Shown: one piece after another, positions 52,376-64,000 of the stretch | Layout of the letters: each line of letters opens with the position of its first letter | How positions within the stretch are numbered: the stretch's first letter is position 1 | NCBI GenBank assembly: GCA_951406725.2 | Contig: OX597827.1 | Coordinates: 35,216,001 to 35,280,000 of the forward strand | From: Octopus vulgaris | Taxonomy: Eukaryota | Length of the DNA stretch: 64,000 nt | Reading direction: 5' to 3' | Notes under the pieces: model-generated | Database searches by the model: none | Seen by the model: only the letters and a program-made list of their open reading frames with translations | Told to the model about the DNA's origin: nothing | Translations under genes and position numbers: made by a program

Positions 52376-52757
52376 TACTCTTTACTCTTTTACTTGTTTC
52401 AGTCATTTGACTGTGGCCATGCTGGAGCACCGCCTTTAGTTGGGCAAATTGACCCCAGGACTTATTCTTTGTAAGCCTAGTACTTATTCTATCGGTCTCT
52501 TTTGCCCAACTGCTAACTTACGAGAACATAAACACACCAGCATCGGTTGTCAAGCGATGTTGGGGTGACAGACACAGACACACATACATATATATGACGG
52601 GCTTCTTTCAGTTTCTGTCTACCAAATCCATTCATGAGGCTTTGGTCGGCCCGAGGCTATAGTAGAAGACACTTGCCGAAGGTGCCATGCAGTGGGACTG
52701 AATCTGGAACCATGTGGTTCACAAGCAAGCTACTTACCACACAGCCACTCTTACGCC
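52376..52757 (-). mobile_element. Full-length SINE family 1 (nested)
   Basis: Complete head-to-tail reverse-complement copy. Confidence 0.92.
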
Positions 52758-52800
52758 TATGTTAGAAATTGTATTAAAAAAATTTTTATATTTTTTTGTG

Positions 52801-53179
52801 TATTATATACAAAGCTGAATTTGTCTGTGTATGGCAGGTTTGGTAGCCTTCAACTAACACTATCTCCTCCGAGACCCTGCGGCGCAAGTTGACCAAAATT
52901 GAGAGTATGATAGAAGAAGGCTTGCTCTTCCTTCCATAGAAGAAAATATTCAAATTGGACCATGTTAAGCCCAAAAATTATTTACATCAAAAAGGTGCTT
53001 TTTTTCTATGAAAATCCCTATTTTTTTACTGCTGCCTCGCCATTTTTCGGTGTATTTCAACCAGAAAAATGTTCACTTAAAGAGAATAACAAGCTACATA
53101 ATGCAAAATTTTTACTTTTCAAAAATTCCAATTCTAAAGGGTCGAAACAAACCTGAGCAACGCCGGGCGATACTGTTAG
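52801..53179 (+). mobile_element. Non-autonomous Helitron, same family as 12921-13312 (nested)
   Basis: Colinear similarity throughout; end cctgagcaacgccgggcgatactgTTAG|t. Confidence 0.88.
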
Positions 53180-54089
53180 TTTCAAATAAATTAACAACAA
53201 AATCTTATATGTATCCTGGTTGAGAACCACTGATTTAAATCCCAAAAAGACTATTGCATGCCACTGTAAGTACTCTCCAGTTTAACTAGTCAAAAAGAAT
53301 CTGCAAATTCAAAACAATTTTAAAAAGATCAGCATATCATTATTACTGTGATATGTAGAGTATAATAATTGCTTTCATCATAATCATTTAACGTCTCTTT
53401 TCCATGCTCCAATGTCTGCTTTGGCATGGTTTCTGTGGCTGGATACCCATCCTAACATCAACCACTTAACAGTCTGTACTGATCCTTTTTACATGGCACT
53501 GGCACTAGTGAGGTCATAAAACAAGTGAGGTGGGTGTAGTTTTAAGGGAGGTTACTTTATGTAACAGGGATAAATGGCAAGGACTTAGTTTGGTGAGATC
53601 AACAATAGGTTCGTCTTGGTCAGCAGCTGGAAAGAATAACGTATTTCACAGATTAATCAAGAGAGCCTGAGTGGAGGTGACCTGACACGTTGGCTACAAA
53701 GGAGCATAGGCCACTATAGTAGCAGTAGAAAGGCAGGGAGCGGAGACGGCATATCTGTGAGGTGGGGTTTGGTGTGTACTGGCAAACAACTTCATACCAA
53801 TCAGTCAGGTGGTCTTCTATTGGAAGCAGCTTAGAATGTGTGTATAGTAGCAAAACCGTCCTAGATGAGGGAGTAGTATTCCATTGTCGACCTCACTTGA
53901 TCTTTGTAATGGGTTCGTAATTGTTGGGAGGAGCAAAAAATATTTTCTGGTTCTTCAGAAGAGAAAAGCGAATATTTGGGACTATAGCAAAAAAATTGTT
54001 CTTTTACTTATGGTATTAAGTTTCAAACCACTTAGCCATCAGACCTCGCGTAACATTAGAGTTATACTACTTGGTAAAGTATAATTCTA

Positions 54090-54582
54090 ATTTAGGCGCA
54101 AGACCAGCAATTTTGAAGGGAGAGGTAGGTCAATTACATCAACCCTAGTGCTCAACTGGTACTTATTTTATCGACTCTGAAAGGATGAAAGGGAAAGTCG
54201 ATCTCGGCGGAATTTGAACTCTGGACGTGCTAACGATTTTGCCACCTCGCTGCTTTCCATGATCAACCATAATCCAATCTACTATTAGCACAAACCTGGA
54301 ATTGGTGAGGTTAGTTGATTACATCGCCTCCAGTATTCAGTTGGTACTGACTCCGAAAGGACGACAGGCAAAGTCAACGGAATTTGAAAACGGTTTTAAA
54401 TTTTGGCACAAAGTCAACAATTTTTGAAGGGAGGGTAAGTCGATTACATCGATCCCAGTGCTTGTATTTATTTTATCAACCCAGAAAGTCGATCCGAGGC
54501 GGATTTGAACTCGAATGTAAAGACAGAAGAAATGATGCTAAGCAGTTTTTGCAGCGTGCTAACGGTTCTGCTAGCTCGCAGT
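54090..54582 (-). mobile_element. Cluster of diverged SINE family 2 copies
   Basis: Three partial copies of the ggatgaaaggcaaagtcgac..ggcggaatttgaactc core. Confidence 0.75.
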
Positions 54583-54999
54583 CTTTACGTGATCTACTAT
54601 AATGATTGCCACATTGTTGTGGTAAGCAAATGCTGACTGAAATACTCCTCAGGCTCCCATTTTTACCTTTATTGTAAGGTCATGCGTGGTTGTGTGATTA
54701 GATCATATTACTACCTCATACTTCAACTTCAATGTTACTGTGAGAATCTTGGATAAATGTACCTCATTAGTGGAATTTAGTTGAGGGGTAACTAGTATTT
54801 CATGATTTATGTAAAGAGTTGAATAAATTATTTGTATTAAAATGTTTCAATGCCTGTAATTAAGGTAAATAGAAAGGGAGAAGCGTGAAGTTTTGTATCT
54901 TTTTCATAACGTAAGATATTACTGAGAATATTCAGTAATCACTCGATGTCGCGATTCGCTAGATTACCTACGTGGTCATCAAAATCTGACTAGTTGCGA

Positions 55000-56150
55000 C
55001 TTCGAGTGGAATAGGCTCCAGCGACGATTTTATCTTTTGGCACGCTTCCTTCTGAGCCTATCGATTAGTATAAATTCTGCACGTCTTGTCTCCTTGACAG
55101 AAAGCTTTGGGATGCAGCAGAGAAAGCATTGAAAAACACCAGAGACAGACGTGGATAGATGCTGACAACAACACGACCTGCAGTTAATTTTTAGACTATT
55201 ACAATTACAACAATAACATTCAAACTCCCTTGACATTTGTTTTTAATGCTTTCTTAAGTGTTCTAATAAGTGGTAGTTGAATAAAAGTTTTGTTAGTCAA
55301 AAACCGCGACCTTCACCAGCGTTCTTTTTTGTGCTTTACTCAATATAGTCATCGTCAACAGTTATATTTAGCTGAATAGGAATGCTGACATCTGCATGCT
55401 TTCATTGCATCTTTCACGTCGATAGAGCTGAATGTCTAAGTATGACAAAGTTGTGAGGTGTTGCATTAGAATTCCAAATAGTACACGGATTTAGAGCTTG
55501 TGATTTCCTTTTGCAAGCGCTATGAACTGCGTGCTGGTTCTTAATCTTCGATGAACATAACCTCATTCAGATCGTGATTTTTAATAACCCATGGTATCTG
55601 AACTTTATCAAAAATATTCAGACACTTTGTTGTGTTGCTGTTAAAACCAGCTTCTTTGAAATTAAGCAACACTACATGTCCATTTCTTGCAATGGCTCCA
55701 AACATCATTACCAGGATAGTTCTTGCTTTTACATGACAGCAAGAACTATAGAAAGGTGCAACTCTGCAGTTGTGTCCATTGATGACTTGATCAATTAGGA
55801 ATTCCTCAACAAAAAATACTCACTTTCTTTCCTGTGTTCTTCATGTGAGACACTTTGGCACTAATTCAACCTAAAAGCCTTAGGAGGAAGAGCTGTGAAA
55901 CTGGATGCAAACGAGGTTACGACTTTTAATAACTCAGTCCTTTTAAAACCTTGTAGTTCTGGTCTTCCTGCATACTCCAGTTTTCTGCAATTTTGATCAT
56001 GCTGGTGGATCGATACACAGTGATAGATCGTTTTAAACCAGCCTGAAAGGTGTGGGTACACTTATAATCACAACAGTCATCCGGTGATATTAACAGTGAA
56101 TATCTCTTATAGCCCTAAGTATAATCAGAATAAACTACTTCTAATGTATA
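55000..56150 (-). mobile_element. Possible highly decayed hAT transposase
   Basis: Only IYHCVSIHQH..CRKL (HC..H motif) is recognisable; many stops. Confidence 0.3.
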
Positions 56151-56337
56151 ACTGTATTGGCAATTATGTCACGAGACCTACACATAACATTTTTGAGTTC
56201 AACCAATAAATTTCATTATTATGATTTCATAACTTCAGTACAATCTATCCAGAGTCACATGAAAAGCTAGTAAGACTTGTTACATGTAAAAATAGTCTTT
56301 AATTTATGATGTTTATAAAGACGTAATTTTTGAAACA

Positions 56338-56702
56338 GGCGTAGGAGCGGCTGTGTGGTAAGTAGCTTGCTTACCGACCACATGGTTCAAGGTACTACAA
56401 ACGTGGTACCTTGGGCAAGTGTCTTCTACTATAGCCTCAGGCCGACCAAAGCCTTGTGAGTGGATTTGGTAGACGGAAACTGAAAGAAGCCCGTCGTATA
56501 TATGTATATATATGTGTGTCTGTGTTCGTCCCCCAACATCGCTTGACAACCGGTGTTTGCGTCCCCGTGACTTAGCGGTTCGGCAAAGGAGACCGATAGA
56601 ATAAGTACTGGGCTTACAAGGAGTGAGTCCTGGGGTCGATTTGCTCGACTAAAGGTGGTGCTCCAGCATGGTCACAGTCAAATGACTGAAACAAGTAAAA
56701 GA
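56338..56702 (+). mobile_element. Full-length SINE family 1
   Basis: ggcgtaggagcggctgtgtggtaag ... gactgaaacaagtaaaagag. Confidence 0.92.
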
Positions 56703-56949
56703 GAGAGAGAGAGAGTCTCAAATTAGCCAGTTGGGTCTGTCTGTATGGCAAGGAGAATGCAATGCTTTACAAACAATATCCCAGACTCTTCCATGTTAAT
56801 TTTCATTACCAGAAATGCACAGTCGGAAATCTGTCACCAATGACACTACTGTTCACTAATTGTGATGTAAATTCATACATAAAAGGTTGGTGTTAAGGTA
56901 CCGAAGTGGTGGTGAGAGACAAATACAAAAACAAAGTTAAACATACATA

Positions 56950-57436
56950 GGAGCTACTTTGGCATGTCATCTACAATTTAAAGCGAGATTACTTTAGGTC
57001 ACTATTTAGTTTAGTTTTCAATTTCTAAAAACCCTTAAGATGTTAGCTGAAGAATTTTACAATGTAATCAGTGATGAGACGAAGGCAATTGCATTTTTAC
57101 GAAAAAAATGACTTTTTAGATGAAGAAAATGTTGGTCGATATCATCGGTGTTGTGGAGAAATGAAGGAAGCTCAAAGAGAAGGTGAAAACGGTGAAATTT
57201 TGTCAACTTTACGTTGCAAAACTCGCCGCTCCCAAACTTGTGTGACATATGCGCTTATTTTAATTATTATATTGTTTATTCTCAATTTCTTCTTATTATT
57301 TACTAAGACAGAAATGATACATGGTTTTATTGTTATTAAAATAGTGAGAATTTTGAAAAAAATACATTTAGAATATCAAGTATAAACAAAAAGTTATCTC
57401 CCTTTAAATTGTAGATCACACACCAAAGTAGCATCC
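56950..57436 (+). mobile_element. Internally deleted Merlin-like DNA transposon
   Basis: About 46-bp TIRs starting with GG (ggagctactttggcatgtcatctacaatttaaag / ctttaaattgtagatcacacaccaaagtagcatcc). Internal DETKAIAFLRKN..RCCGEMKE..LRCK resembles a Merlin N-terminal Zn ribbon. Confidence 0.65.
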
Positions 57437-58637
57437 ATACATACATACATAACACGGGCTTCTTTCAGTTTCTATCAATCAAATCCCTTCACAAGACTTT
57501 AGTTAGCAGGGAGCTAAAGTAGATAGCACATGGTTGGGAAGCAAGCTTAGTTACGACATAACTACACCTCATATTCATATACTTTGAAGCAATACTCTCT
57601 ACGGCAAATAAAATAGTGCCATTGCAGAAGAAAGAAAACAGTTCTATCAACCTAAGTCGCTAAATATTTCAGATGAAACATTTGATGTCCATGTCAAAGA
57701 AAGCACTAATTAACTAGAAACAAAAAATCTGTTTCATGTAAAAAAGAAAAATATGTCTAAAATTTGTTAGCAGTGTATGCATGCATGCACGCACGTACTT
57801 ACGTAATGACTAAAACGAGTAATATACGTACGCACGTTCGTATGTATTATCTATGTTACTTGCTCCAATCGTTGGACTGAGGCGATGTTGGGGCACCACC
57901 TTGAAGGCTTTTGGTAGAAATGATCGACGGTTTCTATTGCTGAACTGCTAGTTTATGGAGGCATAAACAAATCAACACGGGTTGTCAAGCAGTGACAAAG
58001 TACACACACATCACGGGATTCAACAGTTTTCTTCTTCCAAATTCACTCACATTGATCGAATTGGAGATGTTGTAGAAGATAGTAACTCAAGGTGCTGCAG
58101 TGTCGAACGAACCCGAAACGACATAGTTGCAAAGTGGGATTTTTAACCATACAGTGACGCCTGCACGCAAACACAAAAATTAAGAGAGAAGTCCTTCTTA
58201 CTGGACAAGAGGACAGCTGTATATATGTGTTTCTGCTTTAGTAGTATCATCAGAACAGCAGGCTTTCTACCTTGACTGAGATATATACCGAACCCCCCCC
58301 CCCCCAAAAAAAAAACAGAACATTTATGGCCAATGGAAATTTACATAACGAAATGAGGATAGCGAAAATGAACTAAGAGAAAATAACTCTGAGTAGCCAG
58401 TGGCATGAATTGGAACTACAAAAACGAAGAAATATTTCTATTCTGTATCATAGATATTCTTAATGTACAGCTATGTAAACTTTTAAAATTTAAACACCTT
58501 TACAAATACGGAAAACATAATTTGTAAAAGTTGTTTTCAAATAATTTTCTCATTTAAAATTTGGGTTAATGTTTACTTTAAAAATACCTGAACCCCACCA
58601 AAAAAAACAAACAAACAAAAACAAAAACGCGGTTAAT

Positions 58638-59383
58638 AGGTGTAAAAAAATGTGTATGAAACGAATATGTAAACAAAAATTTGCGCCAACGAACCGGGGT
58701 GGTGGAGAGAGGACTTTCGGAACATTCACAAGATCCGATTATTTCCCTCATAACTTTTAGGAAAATGGATATCTTGTAATAAAATTTTATATAAATACCT
58801 TTCAAACGGCATAGATTATGATTATAAAGAACATTTTGGGAATTTTTTTTTTCCAATGGGTGCGTTGGCGCATTTTTTTTATACTGTAAAACATTCAACA
58901 CAGCTCTTCTTAGCCCCAACGGCAGAGATGTGCTAAAAACAACAGCTAAATCGCCCTTAACTTTTTTCCATCATGAAACCATATTCAACACCGTATTTAT
59001 GAATTTGTTTTTCTCACCATGATACATGGGATCTTTTTTTAAAACCTTTTTCTATTACTCAAACAAAAAATAAATGGATCTGAAAATTTTTTAAAAACTT
59101 TTTTTCCATTACACTCAAGCAAAAAAATAATTTATGAATTTCTCTTCGAAAGTCCTCAACCAACCCCTCGAAAACATTTTCCCCATAAATTTCGTATTAA
59201 TCATAATCTATGCCGTTCGAAGGGTATTTATATAAAATTTCATTAAAAGATATCCATTTTCCTAAAAGTTACGAGGGAAAAAATCGGATCTTGTAAATTT
59301 TCCGAAAGCCCTCTTCCCACCTCCCGGTTCGTTAGCGCAAATTTTTGTTTTCATATTCACTTAATACACATTTTTTAAACACT
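58638..59383. mobile_element. MITE/foldback with about 190-bp imperfect TIRs
   Basis: 58638-58826 is the reverse complement of 59195-59383. Confidence 0.8.
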
Positions 59384-59765
59384 TTTGCCTACCAATAAGC
59401 GTAAATAAATTCATTTAGATATTTTTAAATATTTATTTAATCGCTAATAATTTACCTCTTTCTCTCTTCCTCTCTCTCTCTCTCTTTCTCTCTTCCTCTC
59501 GCTCTTTTACACGCACACATACACACGTTTTGAAGATAGTTGGCTCTTTGATGCAAAAATATATTGCGAGTTTTCCTCACAGCATTCGTTTGATGGCCGC
59601 GTGTAAACTGGTCGAAGAGTAGTAAGTTGGTAGATTTCATAGCACAATAAACAGCCGGTAGGGGTGACCATCCAACTGACTCGCTGTTCCGTACACCGTG
59701 TGCTGTCAACTTGTCGATCTTATTATGTCTCTGTGTATATATACATGTAATACATAAATATATAT

Positions 59766-59825
<60 letters not shown>

Positions 59826-61586
59826 TATCTCTATATTTCAAATCAGTGGATTGTACAGATGTACAGCTATGAGCCAGTAAGCCAGACAAGTAAACCAGTG
59901 GTATTTACACAAATACCTCATACAAGCATACACACGGTTGTTGACGAGTTTCCAAGCGTAGTTCTTCCTAGTTGAGACTTCGAGGTATGATTAAATTCCT
60001 TCTAACCTGTATATCTCTCGCTCTCTTGCCAAAAATGTATTTCCTGTGTAAATGGTGTATCTGTCGTCTCGTTTGTTTTTGCTCTTGTTTAACCCCAGGT
60101 TTTGTTCTCTGATTGAGCAGACCTTATTATCGAAGCCATTCCAGTCTCGGTCATCCTATAATCCCAAGTTCAAGCGGAAGATAATATTGTTCTAGATGCA
60201 TATTACAGACACAACACCTACACACACACACACACACACACATATACATACACACACATACACGTATACACACATACACCCTTATTCAATGATGGTTCAG
60301 TGTGATTTTGAGGTTACTTGTTTGCTATCTCTAACAGATCGAACTTCATCAATCCTTTGGTTGCCTCAACTTTCTATGAGTATTAATTTCATGCAAGTGA
60401 GGACTGCAAACATTTCTTTGGTATCTTACCCAAACAACCATCATGCTACACAGAACAACATTCTATGGTAGTCTCCAGAGATGGCGGGTCAGGCTTGTTA
60501 AATTATGTATGGAATGAAATACAATACACGTTATAACATAACCACCAACATACATATATTTGTGTTGTGTACGCCTGTGTATTTATTTATGTGTATGTAT
60601 AAATCTCTCTCCCTATACATACATATATATGTATGTATATATATATATTCCGTAAACTCTCCCTATATATATATTCTTTTATCGGTTTCAGCTCAAAGCT
60701 GCGGCCATGCTGAGGCATCTTGTTTTTATATATAAGATAGCTATATATATATATATATATATACATGCATACATACATACATATATATATATATGTTTGC
60801 GTATGCATGTGTATCTATTTGCACTCATACACACATTATAAACACCTTGTACTTAACTGTATATGTATGCCATTTCACATGCATTTGTTTGCATTTCGCT
60901 TTACCTTTTCTAATATGTGTTTGCCCGCGCGCTGTGTATTTATTTGTGAGAGAGTGTTGTGGTGACACATGTCATTTGTTATTTCCTCATTTAATAACAC
61001 TTGCTTAGATACGGGTAAAAATATATTATTGTTTGTTAATCGTTACGGAACAACTTCAGAAAGCCTCAATGTTTCCACTGTTTATCTGATCCCTCACAAA
61101 ACCTTTATCGCTCCTTCTGGCTGCAGAGTAGCAGAAGGAACGATATAGCGTCAGATGAAAAAAAAAAAAAAATAAGGAATTGTTTGTGGTATCATTTTAG
61201 TTCCGAACCCTTATGTTCTGAGTTCAAATTTTGTATGGACAAGCGTAGCCTTTCATCATTCCAGGTTTGCTATAATGAAGTATCAGCGAAGTACTAGAGT
61301 CGATTTAATAATCCTATAAAGATTCGTACATATGGATGAAATTATAATAGAATACGAACCAAACCTGGCACCGTTTACGAGTTTTTTGTGGGGTGGGGAT
61401 TAAAATAATTATTGTTATAAACCTAATTATTTTATTTCTTGCATTTGTATGATATTTCATGTCTTTTAAATAAAGATTCGGCGATTCATATTGCATCTCT
61501 TATTCATAAGGTTGGTACTTCTAGTGATCTTTGTAAATCTGCTTTTAACCGATTAAGAGACATTAACGTCTCCAATCACTTTATCT

Positions 61587-61932
61587 ATTCTTTTACTTGT
61601 TTCAGTCATTAGACTGCGGTCATGCTGGGGCACCGCCTTGAATTCTTTAGTTGAAGAAATCGACCTCCAGTACTTTGGTTTTTTTTTTTTTAAACCTGGT
61701 ACTTATTCTATCAGTCCCTTTTGCCGAACTGCTAAATACAACAACGCTACTTGTCAAGCAGTGGTGGGGGATAAACACAGACACGAAAACACACACATAT
61801 GATACATATATATGTATATATACGATAAACATTTTTTTTAGTTTCCATCTACGACATCCACTCACAAAGCCTGAGGCTGTAGTAGAGCACACTTGAAACT
61901 GAACCTGGAACCGTGTGGTTGGGATGCAAGCT
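61587..61932 (-). mobile_element. Diverged SINE family 1
   Basis: Tail cttttacttgtttcagtc and head remnants. Confidence 0.8.
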
Positions 61933-62361
61933 TTGTCAATTCTTAGCCTTTCAATCTTTCATAGTTGATTAACAAAAATACGAATAAGGGTAATGGGTTG
62001 GCCACACTGTTAGGATGGCTTCCCTTGTTGTGTAACTTCCAGCTGTTTGTATTCTAACAGTAACACCTATGATAATACTGATACCAAGCTGTGTCAGAAC
62101 TAAAGTGGTGGCCTTTTCTTTGAATAACACTGGTGGTGTAGAGAGGGAGGAGAGACTTGCATACATGACTAATTGCCAATATTTCACTAAACACCATGCC
62201 CAGGCTGGCAAGATGCAGATACTTAGTCAACACTGAACAATGGCACCTATTTCTAAGCTATTAGGTTTCAACTTACTATTGCTCAATATCAGCCTCTCCC
62301 TCATTATAGAGTCGTTTAAAAAATTTCTACAAGCCCATATGAAATCTTCTGCTTACATCAC

Positions 62362-62545
62362 TGGGTAAATGCTTAGCAGCATTTCATCCATCTTCACATT
62401 TTGAGTTGAAATTCTGCTGAGATTGACTTTGCCTTTCATCCTTTCAGGGTTGATAAAATTAGTATCAGTTGAGTCCTGGGATCAATGTAATCAACTTATC
62501 CCCTCTCCTGAAATGGCTGGCCTTGTGCTAAAATTTGAAACCAAT
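62362..62545 (+). mobile_element. SINE family 2 copy with CpG decay
   Basis: The core aligns to 7540-7680 with CG changed to TG/CA. Confidence 0.8.
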
Positions 62546-63279
62546 ATCAGCATGTGTTTCTTGCAAAGCAGCTAGATATTCCAGTTGTTCTTTGGTTTAT
62601 TCTGATTCACCTGGAAGTAAAAGAAGGCTTTTTAAAAATATCTTATGGGGTTTAGTGAGAGGAAGAAAGTAGAGCCTTTGACCCTTACTAGTGTTTCTCA
62701 GACTGGTAAGAAGAGTGGAAGTTGTCTTCTAATTGGAGACTGGTCTGTATACTTGTAACAGGGTGAGCACTACTATAGAGACTCAAGAGCCATGTGGTGG
62801 AGATGGTGTTAATTTGGGCAAGGATTAAATCTATCATCCAGGAACAGGATCAGTCCCTCTGACAGTCTTCCAAACAATTTTTGCTTATTGAATATCAGCC
62901 ACAATATTTTGGTCAACGCGAAGCTTTTGTAGAAGTCTCTTGCCCAAAATGCTGTTCGGTGGGATTACTGGGAAGGACAGCATCAAAACAATCTTCTTAA
63001 CCACTACACAGCCATATCTGCATTCATTACAATGTTCTCTGTAAACTGGCTGAGGATTTTACTGCCAACATGCATCAATTTATTGTGGTAGATTCCCACT
63101 GTTTTTATGTACTGAGTCTAGAGGAAGGGGCAGTGCAGATCAAGAGGTGCTATCATTAGCTCATTAACCAGAAAAGACATTACCAGTTGGGCTTTCAGTA
63201 CTCTTAAGTGTTCTAACTAACGACCATCTGTAAGTTTTTACCACATGAAATAAGACTGTGTTTTTCATGAAGGGGCCCT

Positions 63280-63530
63280 CTGAACTACTGAGCTTGATGC
63301 TATTGATGTTTCATTTGAACTGTTGCAGGTCAGCCTTGTAGAAAAGATATGAGTGGGGAGGAGATTCCAGTGGGATAAAGACTGGAGAGGAAGGTCTAGT
63401 GCAAGGTGGTTAGTGCAAGGCCAGGAGCAAGTGGGTGGGGACAGATGCAACAAAAGTGATGGGAGGTGGAGAGATGAGTGAGTTGGGCCTGTCATTATTG
63501 GTGGAGGTACTTGACCAGCCACTACCGAAT
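63280..63530 (-). mobile_element. Jockey/CR1-type LINE ORF2 C-terminal remnant
   Basis: HWNLLPTHIF..DLQQFK.NIN (WN.LP...F....LQ.FK..IN pattern). Confidence 0.45.
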
Positions 63531-64000
63531 TGTTAGTGCATTGGACAAAATCCTTTGTGGTATTTCTGCTGACTTACTACAATCTGAGTTCCAATTCAAC
63601 CGGGGTCAACTTTGCGTTTAATCACTCTGGGATCAATAAGATAGGTACCAGTGTCATACTGGAGCTGATAGTATCAACTAAACCCCTCCTCTCAAGCATG
63701 CTGGCCTTGCACCAAAATGTGAAACCATTATAATAGCAATATGAAGAAGGATCAGAACACCTGTGAGCTAGATGCTAGGGTGTATCCCTTTGTGATTGAA
63801 TTCCAATTAGTTGAATGGCCCTATTTACAACACACATTATTTAGTTGACAGGTAGTCAATATAGATTTGAGAAGATATTAAGGACAGGTTGAACTGAGAT
63901 CACTTGTTCCATAAAGGACAAAAAGTTTCATGTGGACTAAAGTCAAGATTTTTATATATGTTCCTTTTCTTATCAGGCAGATGAGGGAGATGAGCTAATA

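Larger units (their letters stand above)
52254..53232. mobile_element. hAT (Charlie-like) MITE hosting a SINE and a Helitron
   Basis: TIRs cagtgattctcaacca / tggttgagaaccactg; 8-bp flanks atttacat / atttaaat (7/8 match). Confidence 0.85.

Noticed and set aside
61969-62211. 80-aa hydrophobic minus-strand ORF
   Set aside because: No motif, no convincing splice context, and a non-ATG start.

Overview
Repeat-dense, AT-rich animal genomic DNA, not prokaryotic. It is most likely octopus (coleoid cephalopod), inferred from the SINE families and the dense (TA)n/(TG)n/(ATAC)n/(TAA)n microsatellites. Two host genes can be supported. (1) A spliced + strand gene that the ORF track largely misses: I assembled 10 GT-AG exons with consistent phases (2085..25601; 1755 nt = 584 aa + stop; the 5' part probably lies upstream of the window). 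It encodes tandem PLAT/LH2-like domains rich in N-glycosylation sequons, a Ser/Thr mucin-like stalk, a Cys/helical module and one C-terminal TM helix. (2) A C2H2 zinc-finger gene with a single coding exon (49183..50628, 7 fingers). The rest is mostly decayed mobile DNA: Helitrons, R4/Dong LINEs in (TAA)n, RTE, CR1 and Tx1/L1 LINEs, Gypsy, pogo, Merlin, hAT and foldback elements, several Penelope-like elements carrying hammerhead-ribozyme-like motifs, and many SINEs. Also notable are a spacer-less 218-bp perfect palindrome and CpG-depleted domains. Most short ORFs in the track are microsatellite artefacts. All family assignments come from motifs recognised by eye; no database search was run.
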